Part shown: positions 17,999-25,611 of the stretch, in pieces
How the letters are laid out: each line of letters begins with the position of its first letter
Numbering within the stretch: position 1 is the first letter of the stretch
Assembly (NCBI GenBank): GCA_027028625.1
Contig: JALVIH010000052.1
Location: 1 to 49,216 of the forward strand
DNA: 49,216 nt
Direction of reading: 5' to 3'
Source: a bacterium
Lineage (GTDB): Bacteria; Patescibacteriota; Microgenomatia; JAADGY01
The notes under the pieces: model-generated
What the model was told of the DNA's origin: nothing
What the model saw: only the letters and a program-made list of their open reading frames with translations
Databases searched by the model: none
Position numbers and translations under genes: made by a program

Positions 17999-19260
17999 AA
18001 GAGATTGAAGAGGTCTTTCAAGTTAGTGAGTTCAACGAGTTCGTCAACCAACTTCTTTCCTTTCGGGAGTATGTAGTAGAAGGTGAGATTAGCGAGTTCA
18101 ACATCAGCCGAAACAAGTGGGTTTTTATTACTCTAAAAGATCCCCAAACTGAAGAGATTCTTAATGTCTTCGCAGTCGCTTATCAAGTCCAAAGTTACCT
18201 TCCTCTTCTTCAAGTAGGAACCTTAGTTAGAGTCCAAGGGTATCCCAAGCTCCGAGGCAAAAGTGGCCGTTTCAGCCTTAACGCTTACCGAATAATTCCT
18301 GTGGGTAACGGCAGCCTCCAACAAGCCTTTCTTCAGCTAAAAGCTAAGCTGGAAGCTGAGGGTTTATTTGATCCCTCTCGAAAAAGACCTTTACCTTCTT
18401 TCCCTCAAGCCGTCTTCCTTCTCACCGCTCCAGGATCGCGGGCATACTCTGATTTTATCAAGATTACTAAGGAGCGAGGATTCGGTCAGGTTAAAATTTA
18501 TCATATTCCCATCAGCGTTCAAGGGGAACAAGCTGTTCCTTCCATTCTCAAAGCCTTTGATTTAGTCAGAAAGTATCATCATCTAGCTGATTTAGCTGTC
18601 ATCACTCGCGGGGGTGGTAGCCTGGAAGACCTTCAGGCCTTCAACCAAGAAGAGGTGGTTCGAGCTGCTTACGGACTGCCTATCCCTTTAGTCTCAGCCA
18701 TCGGCCATGAGGCTGATATCTCTCTCATTGACTACATCGCGGACAAGCGGGCTTCTACTCCCACTAACGCCGCCGAGATAGTTTTTCCAACTCTTAATGA
18801 AACTCAACAACAACTAGAACTCCTAACCAACTCTCTTAAGTACCAAATGCAAAACAAGTTCAAAAATTACTGGCACCACCTTCATCTTCTTCAAACCTCT
18901 TTAATCAATTCTTTTTCTCAACCCATTGACCGCTTAAGGAACCGTCAAGAAAAATTAGTCTCCCTTCTCAGCCTTTACAACCAGAAACTTAATTTCCGCT
19001 TTCAGCAACTAAACACCCTTTCTAGTAACTTATCTACTAAATCAAGGGATAAATACCATCAGTCATCTCTTCGCTATACTCAGTTAGTAAAACTTCTAGA
19101 ATCAGTTAGTCCAAAAACTATTCTCTCTCGAGGTTACTCAATAAGTCTTACTACTGACGGCAGAATACTCAAAAACAGTCAACAATTAAGAGTAAACCAG
19201 CCAGTCAAAACCTATCTTAAAAAGGGATCCTTCTTTTCCCAAGTCACAAAAGTAGAATAA
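17995..19260 (+). CDS. xseA: Exodeoxyribonuclease VII large subunit
   Basis: 421 aa with an N-terminal OB fold (VVEGEISEFNISRNKWVFITLKD) and a catalytic region ITRGGGSLEDLQAFN and AIGHEADISLIDYIADKRASTPTNAAE. 4-nt overlap with parB. Confidence 0.85.
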   Translation: MKEIEEVFQVSEFNEFVNQLLSFREYVVEGEISEFNISRNKWVFITLKDPQTEEILNVFAVAYQVQSYLPLLQVGTLVRVQGYPKLRGKSGRFSLNAYRIIPVGNGSLQQAFLQLKAKLEAEGLFDPSRKRPLPSFPQAVFLLTAPGSRAYSDFIKITKERGFGQVKIYHIPISVQGEQAVPSILKAFDLVRKYHHLADLAVITRGGGSLEDLQAFNQEEVVRAAYGLPIPLVSAIGHEADISLIDYIADKRASTPTNAAEIVFPTLNETQQQLELLTNSLKYQMQNKFKNYWHHLHLLQTSLINSFSQPIDRLRNRQEKLVSLLSLYNQKLNFRFQQLNTLSSNLSTKSRDKYHQSSLRYTQLVKLLESVSPKTILSRGYSISLTTDGRILKNSQQLRVNQPVKTYLKKGSFFSQVTKVE

Positions 19261-19264
19261 CTTT

Positions 19265-19293
19265 TTGACAAAACAAAAGGTTAACAGTAAAAT
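19265..19293 (+). promoter_or_regulatory. Sigma70-type promoter of the thrS leader (TTGACA-17-TAAAAT)
   Basis: TTGACA at 19265-19270, 17-nt spacer, TAAAAT at 19288-19293. Confidence 0.6.
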
Positions 19294-19301
19294 AAAAACC
19301 A

Positions 19302-19349
19302 ATGATAGAGTTAATTAACGCCACTACCCAATTAATAACTACTCCTTAA
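19302..19349 (+). CDS. Putative leaderless Thr-rich leader peptide MIELINATTQLITTP (thrS attenuator)
   Basis: ATG lies 8 nt after the -10 box. 15 codons including 4 Thr (ACT ACC; ACT ACT) and 3 Ile. Embedded in alternative helices upstream of thrS. Too short to appear in the ORF track. Confidence 0.55.
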   Translation: MIELINATTQLITTP

Positions 19350-19375
19350 AAGGGGGTAGGGTAGTGGTTAGATAC

Positions 19376-19399
19376 CCTCCCTCTTGGGGAGGTTTTTTT
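19376..19399 (+). terminator. Intrinsic terminator of the thrS leader
   Basis: CCTCCC (19376-19381) pairs with GGGAGG (19387-19392) across a 5-nt loop, followed by T7 (19393-19399). Ends 10 nt before the thrS ATG. Confidence 0.6.
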
Positions 19400-19409
19400 A
19401 TGCTTAAAA

Positions 19410-21158
19410 ATGACTGAATTGGAAAAACTTCGCCATTCTTGCGCTCACTTACTGGCCGCAGCAGTAGTTTCCCTCTGGCCAGAGGCCAAACCAACTATCG
19501 GCCCACCTATCGAGAATGGTTTCTATTATGATTTTGACCTTCCCAAACCCATCTCCCAAGACGACCTCAAAAAAATTGAGAAAAAGATGAGGGAGATTGT
19601 TAAAGATTGGAAAGAGTTTAAACGGGAAGAACTTAGTTACTCACAAGCCAAAGAACTCTTTAAAAATAATCCCTATAAATTAGAGCTAATCGAGGAACTT
19701 AAGGCCGAAAAAGCCCCCATAACTATCTACCGTTCAGGCGATTTCGTTGATCTTTGCCGCGGACCTCATATTGATGAACCTAATAAAAAATTAAGGCATT
19801 TTAAGCTTCTCTCGATTGCTGGAGCTTACTGGCGAGGAGATGAGAAAAAGAAAATGCTCACCCGAATTTATGGAACCTGTTTTCCAACAGAGGAAGAATT
19901 AAACAACTACCTTAACCAATTAGAAGAGGCAAAAAAACGAGATCATAAAAAACTCGGACCTCAATTAGACCTCTTCTTCTTCTCCCCCCTTGTTGGGCCT
20001 GGTTTGCCTCTTTGGACACCCAAGGGAACAATTTTAAGAAACCTCCTGGATGATTATGTTTGGCAACTTCGTAAAGAAAGAGGTTACACAAAAGTAACTA
20101 TCCCTTACCTAACTAAGAAGGAGCTCTACGAAACTAGCGGCCATTGGCAGAAATTCGCCGATGAGCTTTTTAAAATCAAAAGCCGTGAAGGGCATCTCTT
20201 CGCCTTAAAACCAATGAACTGCCCCCATCACACTCAGATCTATGCCCATAAGCAGCGAAGCTATCGAGAACTACCTCAACGCTATGCCGAAACTACTCAG
20301 GTTTATCGGGATGAACAAAGTGGAGAATTAGGTGGTTTAACCCGTGTCCGTTCTATAACCCAAGATGATTCCCATGTTTTTTGCCGTTATAACCAAGTTA
20401 AAGAAGAATTCCTCAGCATCTGGCAGATAATTAATATCTTCTACAAAACCTTTGGTTTTGACCTAAAACTCCGCCTTTCTTTCCATGATCCAGACCATTT
20501 TGAAAATTACCTAGGTACCCCTGAAGTTTGGAAAAAGGCGGAAAAGGATATTCAAGAAATAGCCCAAAACCAGAAAAACAGCTTTACCATTGCCAAAGGT
20601 GAAGCCGCCTTCTATGGTCCAAAGGTTGACTTTATTGTCACCGATTCCCTTGGTCGTCAGTGGCAGGTAGCCACTATTCAACTAGACATTAATATGCCGG
20701 AGCGTTTTGACCTTTTCTGTATCAATGAAAAAGGTGAGAAAGAACGAATCGTTATGATTCATGCGGCCATTATGGGTTCAATAGAGCGTTTTATTGGGAT
20801 TTTAATTGAACATTTTGCCGGTGCTTTTCCCACCTGGTTGGCACCAGAACAAGTCTGGGTTTTACCTATCAGTGAGAAACAAAACGAATACGCCCAAAAA
20901 GTTTATCTTAAGTTAAAAGAAAGCGGTTTTCGGACTAGCCTTATCTCTGAAGGTTCCCTTAGCCGCCGCTTACATTCTTTTCAAAAAATGAAGGTTCCTT
21001 ATGCTATAATACTAGGAGAAAAAGAAATGACTAATAACACAATCAGTTTACGAGACCACCAGGGAAAACAACTCCATCAGGTAAAAGTTGATCACTTACT
21101 TAAAAGGCTGAGAGATGAGGTTCAGTCCAAATCACTTAAACTTGAGCTAACTGAATGA
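19410..21158 (+). CDS. thrS: Threonyl-tRNA synthetase (no TGS domain)
   Basis: 582 aa. Starts at the editing-domain HxxxH motif (RHSCAHLL) and has a class II core (YRDEQSGELGGLTRVRSITQDDSHVF, FYGPKVDF) and a C-terminal anticodon-binding domain. Confidence 0.95.
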   Translation: MTELEKLRHSCAHLLAAAVVSLWPEAKPTIGPPIENGFYYDFDLPKPISQDDLKKIEKKMREIVKDWKEFKREELSYSQAKELFKNNPYKLELIEELKAEKAPITIYRSGDFVDLCRGPHIDEPNKKLRHFKLLSIAGAYWRGDEKKKMLTRIYGTCFPTEEELNNYLNQLEEAKKRDHKKLGPQLDLFFFSPLVGPGLPLWTPKGTILRNLLDDYVWQLRKERGYTKVTIPYLTKKELYETSGHWQKFADELFKIKSREGHLFALKPMNCPHHTQIYAHKQRSYRELPQRYAETTQVYRDEQSGELGGLTRVRSITQDDSHVFCRYNQVKEEFLSIWQIINIFYKTFGFDLKLRLSFHDPDHFENYLGTPEVWKKAEKDIQEIAQNQKNSFTIAKGEAAFYGPKVDFIVTDSLGRQWQVATIQLDINMPERFDLFCINEKGEKERIVMIHAAIMGSIERFIGILIEHFAGAFPTWLAPEQVWVLPISEKQNEYAQKVYLKLKESGFRTSLISEGSLSRRLHSFQKMKVPYAIILGEKEMTNNTISLRDHQGKQLHQVKVDHLLKRLRDEVQSKSLKLELTE

Positions 21159-21664
21159 AGAAACTGAGTTACCGCATTAATCATCAAATCCGAGCTTCCC
21201 AAGTCAGACTAATTGATGCTAGTGGAAAGCAGATAGGAGTTTTCCCTCTTAATGAAGCTCTTAAAAAGGCCCATGAATCTGACTTGGATTTAGTCGAAAT
21301 AGCTCCTAAAGCCAATCCCCCTGTAGTCAAATTAATCGACTATGCTAAGTTTAAATACCTAGAAGAAAAGAAACGGAAGAAGGAAAAACAAAAAACTAAA
21401 GCTTTAAAAGAGCTTCGCTTGACTCCCTTTATCGGAGAAAACGATCTTAACCGCCTTATCCAAAAGGCCTCTGATTTTCTCAAACAAGGACATAAAGTTA
21501 AAGTTGTGGTAAAATTTACAGGTCGGACCTTAAACTATCAAGATTTTGGCCGACAAGCGTTAGACAAAGTTATCAATCAATTAGGGGAAGTTGCCTTTGT
21601 TGAGCAACCTCCTAAAATGATTGGTAGACGGTTAATAGTTACTTTAGGAGTTAAGAAAAAATGA
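21155..21664 (+). CDS. infC: Translation initiation factor IF-3
   Basis: 169 aa: INHQIRASQVRLIDASGKQIGV...DLDLVEIAPKANPPVVKLIDYAKFKY. ATGA overlap with thrS. Confidence 0.92.
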   Translation: MKKLSYRINHQIRASQVRLIDASGKQIGVFPLNEALKKAHESDLDLVEIAPKANPPVVKLIDYAKFKYLEEKKRKKEKQKTKALKELRLTPFIGENDLNRLIQKASDFLKQGHKVKVVVKFTGRTLNYQDFGRQALDKVINQLGEVAFVEQPPKMIGRRLIVTLGVKKK

Positions 21665-21870
21665 GAAAACCAGCGAAAACAAAATTAAAAAGGCGAAAAT
21701 CTTTTTTGAAGCGCTTTAAAATAAGCGTTAATAAAAAGGTTCTTCACCGAGTTGCTTTCGGTAATCATCTTCGGCGAAAAAAAAGCAAAAGTCAACGGAG
21801 AAATTATCGGCGATTAGTTGCCCTCAAGGGTGAATGGGCTAAAAAAGTACTTAAGTTTATGGGGGTTTAA
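21661..21870 (+). CDS. rpmI: 50S ribosomal protein L35
   Basis: 69-aa, very basic ORF (KTKLKRRKSFLKRFKIS...HLRRKKSKSQRR) sitting between infC and rplT. Confidence 0.9.
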   Translation: MRKPAKTKLKRRKSFLKRFKISVNKKVLHRVAFGNHLRRKKSKSQRRNYRRLVALKGEWAKKVLKFMGV

Positions 21871-22227
21871 ATGACACGCGTAAAAACAGGAACCACCCGT
21901 CGAGCAAGACATAAGAAGATTCTCAAGATGGCTAAAGGGTACCAAATGTCCCGCCGACGGCGGTACCGAGTAGCTCATGAGACAGTTCTCCACTCTGGTC
22001 AATATGCTTTTATGGGGAGGAAACTTCGCAAACGTGACTTTCGCCGCTTATGGATTACACGATTGAATATTGCCCTCCGTCAGTTGGGAAGCAAATATTC
22101 CCAGTTTATCCATCAGTTAAAAGAAAAGAAGATAAACCTTAATCGGAAAACTCTTTCTGAGATGGCCATCAACCAACCTGAACAATTTAAAACCCTGGTT
22201 AAGTCTGTTATTGGAACTAGGAACTAG
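21871..22227 (+). CDS. rplT: 50S ribosomal protein L20
   Basis: MTRVKTGTTRRARHKKILKMAKGY...RKRDFRRLWITRLN is a canonical L20 N-terminus. Confidence 0.95.
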   Translation: MTRVKTGTTRRARHKKILKMAKGYQMSRRRRYRVAHETVLHSGQYAFMGRKLRKRDFRRLWITRLNIALRQLGSKYSQFIHQLKEKKINLNRKTLSEMAINQPEQFKTLVKSVIGTRN

Positions 22228-22291
22228 GAGCTAGGAACTAGGTAATCAGAACTCAGAACTTAGAACTTAGAATTCGGTAAGAAAACACCAA

Positions 22292-22313
22292 ACCTGCCTG
22301 CCGGCAGGCAGGT
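22292..22313. repeat. Perfect 22-nt GC-rich palindrome ACCTGCCTGCCGGCAGGCAGGT
   Basis: Self-complementary by direct reading. Lies 65 nt after the rplT stop, with no following T tract. Confidence 0.9.
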
Positions 22314-22354
22314 CCTAAATTCAAATGATCCAAATTCTAAACCCTGTCTATCGA

Positions 22355-22661
22355 GTCATTCTGAGGAGCTGAGGCAACGAAGAATCTAGCCGATAGGCGC
22401 ACGAGAGTGCTCCCAAGCTTAAGTGCTAGTAACCTTGCGCTCGCTTCCGCTCGCTAGATTCTTCGCGGGGCTCAGAATGACGCAGGAGTGGAAGGTTATA
22501 CTTTTCTCCAAGTTATCTTGAACGAGCCGCCAGGCGAAGTGAAGCCCCCCCTTCGTCGCCCCAGCTCCTCGGGATGACTCCTCAAGGGGTTCATACTTTA
22601 AAACTTTATGAACTTTTTAACTTTATAAACTAAGTTCCGAGTTCTAAGCTCCAAGTTCTGA
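22355..22661 (+). repeat. Mosaic palindromic intergenic repeat, copy C (composite)
   Basis: Perfect arms GTCATTCTGAG/CTCAGAATGAC and CGAAGAATCTAGC/GCTAGATTCTTCG enclose 22355-22481. A second half follows, built from arms seen in copies A and B, plus the TTTATGAACTTT.TAACTTTATAAACTAAG module. Confidence 0.85.
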
Positions 22662-22667
22662 TTTCCA

Positions 22668-22740
22668 TTGAAAATTGATCATTAGGATTTTGATTGTTGC
22701 CTGCCCCTACCGAAGGGGGGTTTGGATTATTTGGAATTTG
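22668..22740 (+). repeat. Intergenic repeat module d, copy 2
   Basis: TTGAAAATTGATCATTAGGATTT...CCTGCCCCTACCGAAGGGGGG...TTGGAATTTG aligns with 12476-12550. Its first 17 nt occur inverted at 11045-11062. Confidence 0.75.
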
Positions 22741-22802
22741 TGATTTGCCATTTTCTAATCTAATTTGTATATGGAGACAAAAATATGATCTAACAGAGCA
22801 CT

Positions 22803-25136
22803 ATGAAGTCAGATATGTTATTATTTAGTCATATGGATTCATCTCCTGAACTTAACAAACCGGGGGGTTTAGGTCCTGAGTCAGCTAATAGTGGAAAATG
22901 GTCCAATATACGAAGGGTGGAACAAACCTTGAAAAAGACCAAAAGTGGTAGTAAACCTAGTCATAGATTAGCAAAAGAACTTCAGGAACTCGGTATTGGC
23001 GTTCTTTTTCCACCTCAAGAACCTAAAGGAAAAGAAGTAAAAGAGGGACAATCTCAGCGGGTTTTGGTAGCAAAAGGTAAATTTCCTCCTAAGAAGGATA
23101 ACCAATCAACCTCAAGAGAGGAACATCAATTAGACCTAATGATGGTAGCCAGACCTTGGCTTTTTTTAGAAAGGATAGCCCAGAAAATACAACAAGAAGA
23201 AGTAGATTTAAGCAAGGTTTTACGACTTTTGGATTCAGACGAGAGACGTGTTCGGGCCGCTCGATTGTTATTAGCTGATGATGAAGGGAGGATAAAAAGT
23301 GGCTTAGAGTTACTACAAACCCTAGATGAGAAAGATCGCCTAAATCTACTAATGTTAATTTCACAATCGGAAGACGGACGAGTAAGAGCAATAGTCAAAA
23401 AATTCTTGGAGGAAAACCAAATCGCTTTACCAAAGGCCGGCAATCAAAGAGTTGATGCGTCTATATTACTACAACCTTTGTCTGAATATGATATCGCCGC
23501 TGCTTCCTCATTGACCCAAGAGGAAGTACATAAATTACTCTCTCGACCCAAAAAAGAAAAAGATCTCGGTAAGATGGGAAAATTAAAAATATCCTCTCCT
23601 TCATTATTCGAAGAGTTTATTAAACAAGTAACTAAAAGAATAGAAAAAGACCCATCCAATTTAGAAGTTTGGATTAGGCGACTTACTAGATTGGTAGATG
23701 TACTACGTTATAAAGGCCAATTATTCAAAATAAACAATCCAGGCGTAGTTGAAACAGTTATCACCTTAGTGGAACAAATATCACCCAAAGGGGGATCTTT
23801 AAAATCAGTTTGGGACTTTTTGGTTAGATTTGAACTTAACTCTTCTGAACTATCGGCATCAATACTAAAATTGATGGAAGCTCATCAAGATCTTGGTCAT
23901 CCATTAGCGCCAGCATTACTATCCCAACTTGATGAAGAACACCCTTTTTATAAGGAACAAGTAAGGAGAATAGCAGAACTTAAAAGGCTAGTTGAGGGGT
24001 CTGTCGAGAAAGTATTTCCTCGGTTTGGGGAAGCAGAAGATTTAGCAAAAAAGATTGTTACCATCTTCCCTAAAGGAAAACCAAGCGAACGCTTCGGCTT
24101 TGATGCTGAAATGTGGCCGAGTATCCTTGGTGTCTCTCTCCCTAAAGGGGTTAATATCGGCGTGGATGGAAGTGGGGAAATTCCGGAGCTGAGACTTGAG
24201 CCAACACCGGGAGTTCTCGCCTACGACCCTCAGTGGCGGCAAAGGTTAGCTGACATGTACTTATGGGGAGAGACAAGCAAGGTAGCCCCCGCCTCAATTC
24301 ATTTACATGTTGACCGGAGTAAAAAAAATCTACCCGAGCAGAGGGTCTTAATGCGAATGCTTTTTGGGGAAAGTATAAATGATCTCAACGAACAAGATAG
24401 TCCTCCAACCTTCGAGGTAAGAATCGCTCTCCAAGATTATCCTATACCTTCTTCGTCTAAGGCAGTTCCTTTCAAAGATGGGTGGAATTTTATTGCTCTT
24501 GCTGATTTTATGGTCGCTATTAAGAGTAGTCAATGTTATCCGGATTTCAGATGGGAGCCACCTCAACCACTAAATCCCATAGCGAAACGCTGGCTGACAG
24601 TGCTTAGGTTAACTAACAATCCAGAAGCAAGAGCAGCAGCAATAATCGCTCTCCACCGAAATATGGGGCTAAGGATTGTGGGCAGGGATTTTGCCTCTCT
24701 TGAGGGGCCAAACCTTCAAGCACTGGAATTATTAGCAGCAAAGTGGCAACCCACAAAGGAGAGGGAAATAGATTTTATGGAGAGGATAGTGGAAGAATCA
24801 GGTGGCGATGAGATGGTAATTGGGCTGGCGATTCATCAGCTACCCCATCTCGACTTGTCCCCAGAGGAGAAAATGGCCTTTGTAAAAAGAGTGACAAGGA
24901 AAGCAGTAAGCCCTAGTGGGGTCGAGGCAGTAGTTCGTCAGCTTCCCTATTTAGACATTCCCCCAAAGGAAAGAAAAGCTTTTGTGAAAGAAATGATCAA
25001 GAAATCCGAAAACGATGTAGATGTGGCTGAGCTAATGATTAGGCAGCTCCATCATCTTAGCCTGCCTAAGAAAGAAAGAATAGCCTTTTTAATGAAGTTA
25101 ATCGAAAGTGGAAAAATTATGAAGACATTGTTCTGA
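22803..25136 (+). CDS. Large hypothetical helical-repeat protein (HEAT-like N-terminal repeats; C-terminal ~37-aa QLPxLxL...ExxxF repeats), interrupted by a frameshift
   Basis: 777-aa ORF with no TM or signal peptide. The repeat array at the C-terminus continues in the -1 frame beyond the stop codon. Confidence 0.7.
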   Translation: MKSDMLLFSHMDSSPELNKPGGLGPESANSGKWSNIRRVEQTLKKTKSGSKPSHRLAKELQELGIGVLFPPQEPKGKEVKEGQSQRVLVAKGKFPPKKDNQSTSREEHQLDLMMVARPWLFLERIAQKIQQEEVDLSKVLRLLDSDERRVRAARLLLADDEGRIKSGLELLQTLDEKDRLNLLMLISQSEDGRVRAIVKKFLEENQIALPKAGNQRVDASILLQPLSEYDIAAASSLTQEEVHKLLSRPKKEKDLGKMGKLKISSPSLFEEFIKQVTKRIEKDPSNLEVWIRRLTRLVDVLRYKGQLFKINNPGVVETVITLVEQISPKGGSLKSVWDFLVRFELNSSELSASILKLMEAHQDLGHPLAPALLSQLDEEHPFYKEQVRRIAELKRLVEGSVEKVFPRFGEAEDLAKKIVTIFPKGKPSERFGFDAEMWPSILGVSLPKGVNIGVDGSGEIPELRLEPTPGVLAYDPQWRQRLADMYLWGETSKVAPASIHLHVDRSKKNLPEQRVLMRMLFGESINDLNEQDSPPTFEVRIALQDYPIPSSSKAVPFKDGWNFIALADFMVAIKSSQCYPDFRWEPPQPLNPIAKRWLTVLRLTNNPEARAAAIIALHRNMGLRIVGRDFASLEGPNLQALELLAAKWQPTKEREIDFMERIVEESGGDEMVIGLAIHQLPHLDLSPEEKMAFVKRVTRKAVSPSGVEAVVRQLPYLDIPPKERKAFVKEMIKKSENDVDVAELMIRQLHHLSLPKKERIAFLMKLIESGKIMKTLF

Positions 25137-25213
25137 CGGCAGTTAAGCAGCTACCTTATCTTGATCTATCCCCTGAGGAAGAGAGGGTTCTTATATGGGA
25201 AATAACGGATAAG

Positions 25214-25534
25214 TTGGAATTTGATTGGGCCCGATCTGCTATCATTGCTGAAGTAGCTAAGCAACTTCTTACCCACCACAGTTGGTCATCAAAGGAAAAA
25301 TTAGACTTTCTAATGGAGGCGATAAAAATGTTAAGAAATTACATGAGAGATTATATGGGTGGTATATATACCCTTAACATGCTCTCACAACTCTCCTTTC
25401 TTGGTTTACCCTCAGAAAAACTCAATACTTTATCTTTGGACTCTTTATTAATGAGTAACCCGCAATTTTACCTGGTATCTAAGGTAATCTTTTCGTATTA
25501 TAAGAAGAAACCTAAATGGTCAAAATTGTTTTAA
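25214..25534 (+). CDS. C-terminal continuation of 22803-25136 in the -1 frame (frame open from 25070)
   Basis: Upstream of the tracked TTG start, the same frame reads ...NYEDIVLTAVKQLPYLDLSPEEERVLIWEITDK. This extends the repeat array with unchanged periodicity. Confidence 0.55.
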   Translation: MEFDWARSAIIAEVAKQLLTHHSWSSKEKLDFLMEAIKMLRNYMRDYMGGIYTLNMLSQLSFLGLPSEKLNTLSLDSLLMSNPQFYLVSKVIFSYYKKKPKWSKLF

Positions 25535-25611
25535 AGAAATCGAAGCCAAGAACTATATGATCTAACGCGGCGATAAGGTTACCAGTGAAAATTATGTTAT
25601 AATATTAGCAA

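Noticed and set aside
19294-19400. T-box riboswitch upstream of thrS (and likewise at 26068-26205 upstream of tyrS)
   Set aside because: The leaders are only about 100-130 nt, too short for a canonical Stem I. I could not find the conserved T-box sequence (AGGGUGGNACCGCG-like) or a specifier-loop context. The in-frame, cognate-codon-rich mini-ORFs starting right behind the -10 boxes explain the alternative helices better (leader-peptide attenuation).
22228-22290. Short periodic GAACTAGG/GAACTTAG words as a possible CRISPR array or tandem repeat locus (also at 11065-11085, 12775-12803 and 15180-15200)
   Set aside because: The units are only 8-9 nt with no spacers of unique sequence, and no cas genes are present. 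They are low-complexity components of the spacer repeat family.
22783-22794. Exact 12-mer ATATGATCTAAC shared upstream of the 777-aa gene and the 136-aa gene (25555-25566)
   Set aside because: By a rough pair-count estimate, exact 12-mer matches between two sites are expected many times by chance in a 49-kb AT-rich window. Distances to the two start codons also differ (8 versus 45 nt).
22228-22802. Hidden housekeeping ncRNA (RNase P RNA, tmRNA, SRP RNA, 6S) in the long spacer
   Set aside because: I could not find the conserved cores I know: GAGGAAAGUCC for RNase P, a tRNA-like 3' end with a tag ORF for tmRNA, or the SRP domain IV motif. The sequence is accounted for by repeat modules.
23089-23659. 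Minus-strand ORFs of 71-105 aa inside the 777-aa gene (and similar antisense ORFs at 5492-5749, 6502-6723, 10246-10452, 47378-47846 and elsewhere)
   Set aside because: These are shadow ORFs antisense to, or out of frame with, strongly supported longer genes. They have low-complexity composition and no independent signals.
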